Part shown: positions 1 through 8,965 of the stretch, in pieces
How positions within the stretch are numbered: position 1 is the first letter of the stretch
How the letters are laid out: each line of letters begins with the position of its first letter
NCBI GenBank assembly: GCA_964545685.1
Contig: CAZJHB010000001.1
Span: 118,470 to 182,469 of the forward strand
Direction: 5' to 3'
DNA: 64,000 nt
From: an uncultured Candidatus Peribacteria bacterium
Lineage (GTDB): Bacteria; Patescibacteriota; Gracilibacteria; BD1-5; UBA6164
Notes under the pieces: model-generated
Told to the model about the DNA's origin: nothing
Seen by the model: the letters and a program-made list of their open reading frames with translations, nothing else
Databases searched by the model: none
Position numbers and translations under genes: made by a program

Positions 1-3000
1 TTGCTGTTTGTTTCTTAATATCAGCACTAGTTAAAGTATTATCTTGATCTATAATTAAACTGTTATATTCATATTCGTATAATTCGCTAATAATATATTT
101 AGCAAATGTTTTAATAACTTTTTGAAAATAATAATGATAACTTGGTTTATATATTTTGTGTATAGTCCAATTAGAAATATCTGGTTCATCAGGCAGTTTA
201 CCGTTTAAATAAAAATCACGTATATGTCGAATTGTTTCATTAACTTTAATATAATCGGCAGAAGTTTCTCCTAAATCCGGCACTACAAATCGCAATTTAT
301 CATTTTCTTTAATATCACTACATGGATGGTTTTCTTGTTTCATTCTAGCAACTAATTCCAATACATTATTTTTAGATTCAGTTGAATATTTTTGGCTCTT
401 TGCCAAATCTACAACAGGTATATCATCAAATGTTTTTGTAAATTTATCAATAATAGCAAAAACTGTTTCGGTCATATTTTTAACATTACCGGATAATAAT
501 TCTTCAAAGAATCCTTTTTGTAATGTTTGAATATACGGCTGACAATCTCGTCTAACTACTTCATATCCCTTTGATTTAATATTCTTATCCTTAAAACTTG
601 GTTTAAGTTTATTATATTCTTCTGGCATCATATTGTCAAAATCATCAACAGTTATATAAACATATCGTTTCTTTTCTACCGCTACATACATACGTCGTGC
701 CATCGCCTCAACATCCATTCCAACACGAGTGCGGTTAATAATATTTGTTAATAAATTTTTCATTACATTACGAAGTATATCAAGTTTATGCATTGCATCA
801 TAATCGTTATTCTTATGTAAATTATTTAATTCAGTTGATTTAAAATATTTGGAATCAGTATCACCATATACAACTTCACATGTTACTTTAGTAATACGAA
901 CAACAGGAATATCATGTATAGTATAATCATTACTAATGATGTTATTATCTTTTAATTTTTTAATCAATAATTCAACATTTTCTTTCGATTCATTTGATAA
1001 TTGTTCTTTAAATGTACTATCATATTCTATGTTATATCTATAATCATTTATATTATCAATCAATTCAATCGAATAAATAACTTTATTGTTATAACCATTA
1101 ATCAATTGATCTATTGTTTTTAAAGCAACAGACGGTGTAATTGTAATAACATTTGACTCAATACTGTTTTTTAGAAATGTAATTAACATTCTTCCAATAT
1201 AAGTGATGGTACCACCCGTTTTTTTATCAGCACAGCTAAAATTAGCATCCTGTAGTTTACCATATAGAGAATTCATAATTTCTTTAACTTTTTGTTGCCT
1301 GATATTAAAAATATTTGCTTTAATATAATCTCCTTCCTTTATGCATTCAGAATGCAATTTTCTTAAGTGATTACGAAAATCCCATAAATATTGCATTGTT
1401 CTACCAAAGAATGAATTTTCAATACCTTCAATAAAGTATGTTTTTTTGAATCTATTATTTTCTCGATTATATTCACAATAATATTGCTGAACAATAAATA
1501 CTTTTCCAGATTCAATATGTTTGAGTTTATATTTAAACCTTTCACCAAGATAGTCATTTATCTCAGTTTTTTCTAAACATTCATAACCATACAATTCTGG
1601 ATATTCGATAATAATTCCATTAACACGACATTGTGGTAAAATATTATATCCAATATTGATTGATGGATACATAGAATTAAAATCCAAACCAGTTACATTT
1701 TCATGCATACCAGGATGCTCAACTGCAACTAAACCGGCAACAATTCTTTTATTTCGATTAATACATACATTTTTTACATCCTGTAATAAATAACCGTGCT
1801 CAAATGCTGAATTTAAATATCTTATTTCTGTCATTTTTCCTCCAGCTCTCAACGCTGCATCTTCAATAGTATATTGACCAATGAATGCATTTTCCATAAG
1901 CATTGAATATATCTTATAACCTTCGAATAGCGCTAATGTTGCACATACATCACCATCGTTATATGTATTAATTAATTGTTTTTTATTATTATCATTGCTA
2001 TAATATATATTAAACATTTCATTGTATGTTAATCCAGTTTTATCAGCTTGCAGTTCTGGGTTTCTAATATCTTTAATATTATATCGCTTACACATACCCG
2101 ATAGGGTAGATGCTCCCAGACCATCACATCCTTTTGGATCCAAACGTTTAATAAATAACATAACATCAATAAATAATCTACCAGGTGTTTGTAATACAGT
2201 CAAATCTTTGATCATTTTACCGTATTCACCTTTAGCGCTTGATGATTGTATTTTACATAAATATCTTGATATTTCGTTTTTAGATATTTTATTATTCATA
2301 TATTTCTTTTTATTTAAATTATATCTAGATAATAAGAATTCTAACTGATCATTAATATTTAATTGTTTAGATCTTTCATTTATATAATTAATATCGAATT
2401 GTTGACCATTAAAATCACATACAATATCGCAGTACATCATATCAAGCATATATGCCCATATAAGAATACCAATAGCTTCTTTGTCAGAAGGATAATTCAC
2501 TGTACAATAATCTTTATGTGGTTCTGTTACAAAATCAGAAAATACTATTGAAAATAATAAATTATCTTCATCTGTCCATTTAAATGCTATTGCATTACTA
2601 AATATTTTATTCGTTTTAACCATAGGATCTAAACCCAATGTTTCAATATCATATGCTCCGATTAAAGCTATATTTGGTAATTCACATGTATCAAATTTTT
2701 CAATGTCTTCTTCATTATTTATATAATATGTTCTTTTAACTTTAGCAAAAGTTTCATCATGATTTAATATAGTTGCCTTATCTGCTTTAAATTTAAACCA
2801 ACCACATAACGAAATTTGATTTCGTTGTGAATAGTTATAAAACCATTTATTATCACTAATAAAAATCGAATGTCGAATAGGTGACTTATTTATTAATCTA
2901 TCATATGCTTCATTGCGATATATTGGTTCTTTTTCTATAATATTGATATATAATTGCTTTGAAAGTTCAATTGCTTTCGATAAAATCCATCTATATGATG

Positions 3001-3424
3001 AAGATATTTTCAAATAATTAAATTTTTGATAAGGAAAACAAGCCATACCATCATGCATTTGTTCAATAGTTATACTATATTTTCCATGATTATATGAACC
3101 AATTTCATTATTGATCACTCGTTTACAACGATTTAAAAATTCTTTGGGATCCATTCCATGTGGTATGACGCAATAAAAATATTCTGGTTTCGTGTTTATA
3201 ATAACCGATATAGGTTCTTTATATTTTGTATGACCCAGTAATTCAATACAATTTTTATAATTATATTTTACACTAACGGGCATAAATGCATTAAATAATA
3301 TTTCGTTATTTTCTTCTATAATGCTTTCATGATTCCAGTATGTTGTATCCATTAAATCCTCTAGTTTTGGTAACTTCCGAAAATCTTCATATTTTTTAAT
3401 CGAAATAACTTTATTGTTAAACAT
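1..3424 (-). CDS. polB: DNA polymerase, family B (N-terminal ~1141 codons; C-terminus lies beyond the left edge)
   Basis: Absent from the ORF track because it runs off the window. Own translation of the minus strand from ATG at 3424 (MFNNKVISIKKYEDF...) gives ExoI IGAYDIETLG (~2640-2670), ExoII NGQQFDINYI, motif A GLDFNSMYPS (~1660-1690), motif B KEIMNSLYGKL and motif C VVYGDTDSKY (~850-880). All are in the frame of the 3424 ATG. No stop-delimited ORF is listed in this frame, so it stays open to position 1. Confidence 0.93.
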   Translation of the reverse strand, partial: MFNNKVISIKKYEDFRKLPKLEDLMDTTYWNHESIIEENNEILFNAFMPVSVKYNYKNCIELLGHTKYKEPISVIINTKPEYFYCVIPHGMDPKEFLNRCKRVINNEIGSYNHGKYSITIEQMHDGMACFPYQKFNYLKISSSYRWILSKAIELSKQLYINIIEKEPIYRNEAYDRLINKSPIRHSIFISDNKWFYNYSQRNQISLCGWFKFKADKATILNHDETFAKVKRTYYINNEEDIEKFDTCELPNIALIGAYDIETLGLDPMVKTNKIFSNAIAFKWTDEDNLLFSIVFSDFVTEPHKDYCTVNYPSDKEAIGILIWAYMLDMMYCDIVCDFNGQQFDINYINERSKQLNINDQLEFLLSRYNLNKKKYMNNKISKNEISRYLCKIQSSSAKGEYGKMIKDLTVLQTPGRLFIDVMLFIKRLDPKGCDGLGASTLSGMCKRYNIKDIRNPELQADKTGLTYNEMFNIYYSNDNNKKQLINTYNDGDVCATLALFEGYKIYSMLMENAFIGQYTIEDAALRAGGKMTEIRYLNSAFEHGYLLQDVKNVCINRNKRIVAGLVAVEHPGMHENVTGLDFNSMYPSINIGYNILPQCRVNGIIIEYPELYGYECLEKTEINDYLGERFKYKLKHIESGKVFIVQQYYCEYNRENNRFKKTYFIEGIENSFFGRTMQYLWDFRNHLRKLHSECIKEGDYIKANIFNIRQQKVKEIMNSLYGKLQDANFSCADKKTGGTITYIGRMLITFLKNSIESNVITITPSVALKTIDQLINGYNNKVIYSIELIDNINDYRYNIEYDSTFKEQLSNESKENVELLIKKLKDNNIISNDYTIHDIPVVRITKVTCEVVYGDTDSKYFKSTELNNLHKNNDYDAMHKLDILRNVMKNLLTNIINRTRVGMDVEAMARRMYVAVEKKRYVYITVDDFDNMMPEEYNKLKPSFKDKNIKSKGYEVVRRDCQPYIQTLQKGFFEELLSGNVKNMTETVFAIIDKFTKTFDDIPVVDLAKSQKYSTESKNNVLELVARMKQENHPCSDIKENDKLRFVVPDLGETSADYIKVNETIRHIRDFYLNGKLPDEPDISNWTIHKIYKPSYHYYFQKVIKTFAKYIISELYEYEYNSLIIDQDNTLTSADIKKQTA

Positions 3425-3444
3425 ATCATATATTATTATAAAAA

Positions 3445-3452
3445 TCAATTTT
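3445..3452 (-). promoter_or_regulatory. AAAATTGA octamer upstream of polB
   Basis: Plus-strand tcaatttt is AAAATTGA on the minus strand, ~20 nt upstream of the polB ATG. It is the same octamer described upstream of early genes of Acanthamoeba polyphaga mimivirus. Confidence 0.5.
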
Positions 3453-3471
3453 AAAAAAAATATTTATATGA

Positions 3472-4926
3472 TTATATATGTACTAAATTTAAAGTATTTG
3501 CATTATGTAATGTATCATATATCGTTTTATATAATACATTAAAATTATTCAAATATAATTGATATTCTTGTTTAGTGTTATCAGATACTATGATATCTAA
3601 ATATTTTTTAAATAGATAATTGATAATTTCGTATGATGAATTATTTATATTATTATAAAAGTTTATAACACGTTCTGTAAATATCATATAATTATTTTTT
3701 TTATAATATATCTTTATATCCATTATTATACTTATTAATATTTTTTGACGATTTAAATACATTTGTTTTAAATTCTCATCTTTACCGATATTAATGTATT
3801 TCTTATCTTTACATAATTGTTGTATTTGATGTTTGTATAATAGTTCTGGAGCAAATAATCTTTCAACATTATCTTTTAATTTTTTTTCTATATTATAATT
3901 ATGCAAGAAATAATTATGATCAAATGGAATATTTTCTCTCCATAATAATTGATCACCCGTACCATATAATGTTAGTATTAAACCCAATAATTTAAGATAT
4001 TTTATTTTATCTATATCTTTTTTAATACAAACTTTATCAACAATATAATTACACATGTTATTAAAGAAATAAATATCTGTATGGTGTGGACTTTTAATTA
4101 TAATATTTTTATGTTGTAATTTTTTATAATTATAAAACATTGGTAACAACAAGTCATTATCATTTAGATACAATAATGGAAAATAATTATTTGTATCATA
4201 CGTTGTTAAATATAACGGTATCTGTATATCAGCTTCGTTAATCATTGATTTGTTTGATTCGAAATATATATGTGATTCTGTGAGAATAGTACTATTTTTA
4301 TCTATAAAATTTATTAATCGTGGATGATATGTTGGGATATAAATATTTGTTAATGGATATTTTTCTTTATAATACATAATTATATACGGAATATATAAGT
4401 ATAATTCGGTAGAAAATTGTTTATCATCATATATTTTAATTGAGTCATAAAATTGTTTATAAAAATTTCTTATATTATTATTTAAAGCACCTGCAAATAA
4501 AGTAATATTTCTTGACCACTTATTTAAGTTATCACTGTTATATTCAAAAGTTGGATCTGCAATAATATTTTTTCTTATATATTTTCTTTTTCGATCAGTA
4601 TATTCTTGTATATTATCGAAAAATAAATACACGTTTTCTATATTATTATTAATAATCGTTGGTAATTTACAATAATTATGTAACGCGTTATGTATGTTTT
4701 GTATCGTATGTATATTCTTGTATGCTTTCATATTATTTATTTTTTTTATATGTTGATATATAAAGGAAACATCGATGAATAAAGATATTTTTTTTATATT
4801 ATTATTAAAATTTAGTTGTTTATTATATAATAGAGGAATATCATATATGTTATATGATTTTTTTTTGTTTTCGTCGGTTATATTGTAAAATTTATGAAGA
4901 AGATTATTTATATTTTGAATACCCAT
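3472..4926 (-). CDS. XPG/Rad2/FEN1-family nuclease (putative)
   Basis: Track ORF 3472..4929 starts at TTG; the first ATG is at 4926 (MGIQNINNLL, cf. the MGIxGL start of XPG-N domains). KISLFIDVSFIYQ resembles AIDAS..lYqF. FFDNIQEYTDRKRK resembles FvFDG..p..K...kR. INEADIQIPLYL...LNDNDLLLP resembles the XPG-I EAEAQCA...sEDsD motif. By-eye similarity only. Confidence 0.5.
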   Translation of the reverse strand: MGIQNINNLLHKFYNITDENKKKSYNIYDIPLLYNKQLNFNNNIKKISLFIDVSFIYQHIKKINNMKAYKNIHTIQNIHNALHNYCKLPTIINNNIENVYLFFDNIQEYTDRKRKYIRKNIIADPTFEYNSDNLNKWSRNITLFAGALNNNIRNFYKQFYDSIKIYDDKQFSTELYLYIPYIIMYYKEKYPLTNIYIPTYHPRLINFIDKNSTILTESHIYFESNKSMINEADIQIPLYLTTYDTNNYFPLLYLNDNDLLLPMFYNYKKLQHKNIIIKSPHHTDIYFFNNMCNYIVDKVCIKKDIDKIKYLKLLGLILTLYGTGDQLLWRENIPFDHNYFLHNYNIEKKLKDNVERLFAPELLYKHQIQQLCKDKKYINIGKDENLKQMYLNRQKILISIIMDIKIYYKKNNYMIFTERVINFYNNINNSSYEIINYLFKKYLDIIVSDNTKQEYQLYLNNFNVLYKTIYDTLHNANTLNLVHI

Positions 4927-5221
4927 CAATAAAAAATATTTTTATTTTTTTAATTAATATATATATATCATTTGGATTTTTTGTAAGCTCATACTTCCAT
5001 CCGGCATAATATATATTATTATTAATATAAAAGAAATTTACATATTTATACTCGTATAATTCAATATATACTTTATCTATATATTCTTTTTCAATATAAA
5101 TTGGAATTTTTGTATATTTTGTAATGTATTTTTTATTCGAATTGACTCCTAACTGCCCATGGCTATTATTACCTTTAACGTATAGGTAATTATTTTTGAT
5201 GTAATATTTGATATCACTCAT
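4904..5221 (-). CDS. short RCC1-like repeat protein or gene fragment (105 aa)
   Basis: Track ORF 4904..5257 starts at a TTG inside the promoter-like AAAAATGAAAAAAAA. The first ATG is at 5221 (MSDIKYYIKNNYLYVKGNNSHGQLGVNS). GNNSHGQLG is the RCC1 repeat core. Only ~1.5 repeats are present, and the ORF overlaps the start of the XPG-like gene. Confidence 0.4.
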   Translation of the reverse strand: MSDIKYYIKNNYLYVKGNNSHGQLGVNSNKKYITKYTKIPIYIEKEYIDKVYIELYEYKYVNFFYINNNIYYAGWKYELTKNPNDIYILIKKIKIFFIDGYSKYK

Positions 5222-5246
5222 TATATACAATATTTTTTTTTCATTT

Positions 5247-5909
5247 TTAAAAATCAAAATCTAAAACATTTTGATCAATAACAATATTATTCATACAATA
5301 TCTAACTGGATATTTTTCAAAATTATAATAAGTAATATATCCATTATTTAATGCAATTTGACATAATTTTTTATATATATACCAGAAATAAATACAATGT
5401 CCTCCAGATGAATATCCTTGACTACCATATTTTTTATAATAATTTATAATATCTTTTTGCAACATTGTTTCAAAATTTTGAATATCACGATATGTTGGAA
5501 TATTATTATTCGATAATTTTTTATCAATACCCATATGTGCTAATTCATGTAATAAGACATACATAAGTGTATTTTCGGAATGAAGAGTATTATCATTCGC
5601 ATGAATACATAGTGAAGTTTCTTCACCTTTATTGATAGTATAACTTGTTGAATTAGAAAAAGGTAAAGGTATTGTTGGTATCATTTTATCTATATGATAA
5701 TTTTTTATCATTCTTTTAAAAGAATCCAATTCGAATTTATTAAATTCTTCTTTATGATCTAATATATAACCAAATATTTGCATTACATTGTTATTCAATT
5801 TTTTCATTAAAGAACATACTTTTAGGGTTTCTATACGTTTTTTATTATAAATTTTGAATATAATAATAAATATAATTATAGTTATAATTAATAAAAAACT
5901 ATAATTCAT
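5247..5909 (-). CDS. membrane-anchored HExxH zinc metallopeptidase (putative)
   Basis: N-terminal hydrophobic anchor FLLIITIIIFIIIFKIY. Zinc-binding motif VLLHELAHMG. AAAATTGA lies at 5925-5932 (minus), ~16 nt upstream of the ATG. Confidence 0.55.
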   Translation of the reverse strand: MNYSFLLIITIIIFIIIFKIYNKKRIETLKVCSLMKKLNNNVMQIFGYILDHKEEFNKFELDSFKRMIKNYHIDKMIPTIPLPFSNSTSYTINKGEETSLCIHANDNTLHSENTLMYVLLHELAHMGIDKKLSNNNIPTYRDIQNFETMLQKDIINYYKKYGSQGYSSGGHCIYFWYIYKKLCQIALNNGYITYYNFEKYPVRYCMNNIVIDQNVLDFDF

Positions 5910-5917
5910 TGATTCAA

Positions 5918-6775
5918 TTAAAAATCAATTTTAATTTTTTCCTTACATTTATTAAATTGATATAATGCTCCGCCTTCGGTTTTGATATTATTTACGGACA
6001 ATATATACATGATATTGCGTTTCCATATATTAATATTTTCCATGAATATATTGTATCGATCTATAATATCATCAATTTCGATATTTTCTATTGTTTCTAA
6101 ACTATTTTCAATGTAAGGTTTCATTTCATTATCTTGAATATATACAACAATATAATTCTTTTTCGAATCAAATTTGGATTTTTTAATGTCATTAATATCA
6201 TTTAATCTATTACCTTTTGGTTTATTAAATGTAAAATTAAATATTTTTTCATCTATTTTTATATCTTTTTGTTCTTCTTTATTAATGAGTGTGTGAACCA
6301 ATTGTTGTTGATCACGGGAATCAAATAATATTTTTGAATGATGAAATGGAAAATAATTTGGAACTGTAACAATTTGCTTTATATTTGAATCCTGAAGAAT
6401 ATTACAAACAGTTGTCATGTGTAAACCTTGTATTTTTTCAGTTGATACAACATTAATATTATTATTATTTAAAATAGCTATATGATCATTGTATTCTAAA
6501 TTTGAAATAATAGAACCCATGGTTAGCATTAATATTTTAAATCTTGTTAAACATTTATAATTATGTGATAATATAATACTTTGTCGGCTTAATGATCTAA
6601 TCATAGTATCAATATCTATATCTATAATTTCAATTATTTCACCATCTTTATCGCTTTTGTTTAAATATTTTTTATTCATTGCATAAATAATGTCATCTTT
6701 TATATTATTTATTGTTGCATAAGGTATAGTAACCGATAAATAATCCTGAACTTCTTTTTCTAAAAGATTCATCAT
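5918..6775 (-). CDS. hypothetical protein (285 aa)
   Basis: Long ORF with ATG start and an AAATTGA-like motif at 6791-6797 (minus) upstream. Its last codons AAA ATT GAT TTT TAA contain the octamer of the next gene. No family recognised. Confidence 0.6.
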   Translation of the reverse strand: MMNLLEKEVQDYLSVTIPYATINNIKDDIIYAMNKKYLNKSDKDGEIIEIIDIDIDTMIRSLSRQSIILSHNYKCLTRFKILMLTMGSIISNLEYNDHIAILNNNNINVVSTEKIQGLHMTTVCNILQDSNIKQIVTVPNYFPFHHSKILFDSRDQQQLVHTLINKEEQKDIKIDEKIFNFTFNKPKGNRLNDINDIKKSKFDSKKNYIVVYIQDNEMKPYIENSLETIENIEIDDIIDRYNIFMENINIWKRNIMYILSVNNIKTEGGALYQFNKCKEKIKIDF

Positions 6776-6798
6776 ATAATCAATAAAAAATCAATTTA

Positions 6799-7008
6799 TT
6801 AAAATACAAACAAATCGTTTAGATATATAATATTTCCATTTCGAACAATATAGCATGGTGATCTTTTGTATTCAACTTCTTTTTTTGCAATTTCTAATGA
6901 TGATAAATCACCAATAACATCAATTGTAATTTTTTCAGGATTATTATCAATCTCAACAGCTCTGTTTGCTAATACAGCGTTTAACTCAATTTGTGAAATT
7001 TTATTCAT
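6799..7008 (-). CDS. hypothetical small protein (69 aa)
   Basis: Track ORF 6799..7047. The upstream ATG at 7047 lies before the AAAATTGA octamer (7029-7036, minus) and overlaps the previous gene. The ATG at 7008 (MNKISQIELN) is ~21 nt downstream of the octamer, which is the usual spacing. Confidence 0.45.
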   Translation of the reverse strand: MNKISQIELNAVLANRAVEIDNNPEKITIDVIGDLSSLEIAKKEVEYKRSPCYIVRNGNIIYLNDLFVF

Positions 7009-7028
7009 ATCATTAAAAAATAAAATTA

Positions 7029-7562
7029 TCAATTTTTGTTCATACATAATTCACATTTATTAATATAAATATTTTTGTCAATTTCAATTAAATTATCGGT
7101 TACTTCCTTGCAACTACAAATTGCATTTCGTTGTTTACATACTTCACATAGTACAGTATCTATATTAAATATAACAACGTTTGAATTATTATTTAAAATA
7201 TATTCGTCTGTAAATGCATTATATGCTTCAACATTATCACCGGTATACCATTTTTGTAGAATAGTACAATATATATTAACATCAGTATCGTTAATATTAT
7301 TAATAAACGAAATAATATTGGGAATAAATTGTGTCTCATCTATATAAATATTCTTGATATCTTTATCAATATTACCGATATCATCGATATTATCGATAAA
7401 TATAATTTTATTTCTATCAATATTAATAATTTCATTCTTAAAAGCTGTATCATAACAAATTTTAGGCGCAATTAATAATGAATTACTAAAAGTATGCAGA
7501 TTCGACATCATTTTAGATGTTTTTCTCGAACGCATTAATCCAGAATAAATATATAATTTCAT
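7029..7562 (-). CDS. thymidine kinase-like protein (type II TK fold, atypical P-loop)
   Basis: LYIYSGLMRSRKTSKM resembles IQLIIGPMFSGKSTEL. IYIDETQFIPNI resembles IGIDEGQFFPDI. C-terminal Cys pairs CEVC...CELC resemble the TK zinc ribbon. The second Walker A Gly is replaced (GLMRSRKT). Confidence 0.5.
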   Translation of the reverse strand: MKLYIYSGLMRSRKTSKMMSNLHTFSNSLLIAPKICYDTAFKNEIINIDRNKIIFIDNIDDIGNIDKDIKNIYIDETQFIPNIISFINNINDTDVNIYCTILQKWYTGDNVEAYNAFTDEYILNNNSNVVIFNIDTVLCEVCKQRNAICSCKEVTDNLIEIDKNIYINKCELCMNKN

Positions 7563-7635
7563 TTTAAATCATTATTTAATAATTATAATCATTTTTTAAA
7601 AATTTAAAAAATGAAAAAATAAAGCTATTAATGAC

Positions 7636-7791
7636 ATGAATAATTTAAAATTGTTTGTTATATATTTTTATTCATTAATAATTTCACCGATTATTATGTT
7701 TATAGAAACAATTATTTATAATATTATGGATATTATTGACGATTATAAAGATTTAAATATTGAAATTAATTGTAATGATATTATTGAGTAA
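7636..7791 (+). CDS. candidate small membrane protein (51 aa, below track cutoff)
   Basis: Own translation: MNNLKLFVIYFYSLIISPIIMFIETIIYNIMDIIDDYKDLNIEINCNDIIE. It is preceded by AAAAAATGAAAAAATAAAGC ~20 nt upstream and has a hydrophobic N-terminal half. It fills an otherwise empty 220-nt spacer. Confidence 0.3.
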   Translation: MNNLKLFVIYFYSLIISPIIMFIETIIYNIMDIIDDYKDLNIEINCNDIIE

Positions 7792-7987
7792 ATTGTTTAT
7801 TTAATGATATTTTTTCTATATTATTTTGTTTATTAAATTTAGGTTTAGGTTTAGATTTAGGTTTATTTGACTTAAATACAGGTTTTTTTTGTGTTTCTCT
7901 TACATTACCCTGTACTAATGCATTAAATTCAATAATTTTGCTGTGTATTTCGTACGAATCAATTAATTGTCTAAACATTATTATCAT
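7781..7987 (-). CDS. hypothetical Lys-rich small protein
   Basis: Track ORF, ATG start, basic tail KKPVFKSNKPKSKPKPKFNKQ. No family recognised. Confidence 0.4.
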   Translation of the reverse strand: MIIMFRQLIDSYEIHSKIIEFNALVQGNVRETQKKPVFKSNKPKSKPKPKFNKQNNIEKISLNKQFTQ

Positions 7988-8007
7988 TTAAAATAAAAAA
8001 TATATAA

Positions 8008-8691
8008 TTATTCATATATTATTTTAATATGTCTTAAATATTTTTGTGGCATAATATTAATATATTTACTTGGCGTTTCATAATAATTATATAATGATAA
8101 TATATCATTGAGTGCAGATGAAGTATAAATACTAAATTTAGTAAAAATTTTTATATTATATAATATTATACTCATAGCAGTAAGCATGAATATCATAAAT
8201 ATTATAAATAAATGCAATAATATCGATTTAATACCAGTTTTATATTTATCATTATATATTATAAAATTTTTATATATTTTAATGTCGGTTACAGGTTCAT
8301 TAATATCAATTAGAATAGGTTCGGCAACATACGATCTACTGTAATATGTGTTGCTTATTTTGTACAACTTTTTATCAATTGTAGTTGCATATATAATTGG
8401 AAATTTATCTAAATGATAGTAAATATTTGTAATATATTCATCACTCAAATATTGTTTAGTTTCATCAATTGTTGTATTATAAATATATATACGATTTGAT
8501 TCCGTAATATATATAATCTCGAATAAATTTGTTGTAAATATATATTTAATTTTTTCATTGCATTTTAATTTTAATATAACTCTTTGTGATGTATACATAT
8601 AGTTTACACCATTTTTGTAATACACTAAATCATGTGATTTAGTAATATATGATTTTGCATTTCGTGGTATTTTTTTTATGAAAATATCCAT
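8008..8691 (-). CDS. hypothetical protein with C-terminal transmembrane segment
   Basis: Track ORF 8008..8703 starts at GTG; the first ATG is at 8691 (MDIFIKKIP). TM segment LLHLFIIFMIFMLTAMSIILY. Periodic EKIKYIF..IIYITESNRIYIY / EPVTDIKIYKNFIIYNDKY strings recall degenerate RCC1-like blades (weak). Confidence 0.5.
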   Translation of the reverse strand: MDIFIKKIPRNAKSYITKSHDLVYYKNGVNYMYTSQRVILKLKCNEKIKYIFTTNLFEIIYITESNRIYIYNTTIDETKQYLSDEYITNIYYHLDKFPIIYATTIDKKLYKISNTYYSRSYVAEPILIDINEPVTDIKIYKNFIIYNDKYKTGIKSILLHLFIIFMIFMLTAMSIILYNIKIFTKFSIYTSSALNDILSLYNYYETPSKYINIMPQKYLRHIKIIYE

Positions 8692-8718
8692 ATCTATAAT
8701 CACATAATAAAAAATAAA

Positions 8719-8949
8719 TTAATTATTAAACGATACACAAACATAATCATTGTATAAATTAAAAGTAATAGAGTCATTGCTATATTTACCAATAAAGGGA
8801 TATTGTAATAACTCATCAATTGTATAATCATTAAATTTTTCATTTAATTCATATCTGATTTCATAATCTTTTTTATGTAATAAAATATCATCAATCCAAC
8901 ACTTAAAAGCAGTTTCCATATATATATCGTTTATATAAAAATTTATCAT
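8719..8949 (-). CDS. hypothetical protein (76 aa)
   Basis: Track ORF with ATG start, divergent from the 8966 gene with only a 16-nt spacer. Confidence 0.45.
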   Translation of the reverse strand: MINFYINDIYMETAFKCWIDDILLHKKDYEIRYELNEKFNDYTIDELLQYPFIGKYSNDSITFNLYNDYVCVSFNN

Positions 8950-8965
8950 TTTTTATATAAATGTA

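Noticed and set aside
850-880. Possible intein in polB at the YGDTDS motif, as in some giant-virus polB genes
   Set aside because: VVYGDTDSKY is contiguous in my translation, and the spacing between motifs A, B and C is ordinary. I see no Cys/Ser-initiated insertion within the visible part.
1363-2551. Track ORFs 1363..1557(-), 2022..2348(+) and 2363..2551(+)
   Set aside because: They lie inside the polB coding region, either in another frame or on the opposite strand. They are low-complexity, and polB motifs account for the region.
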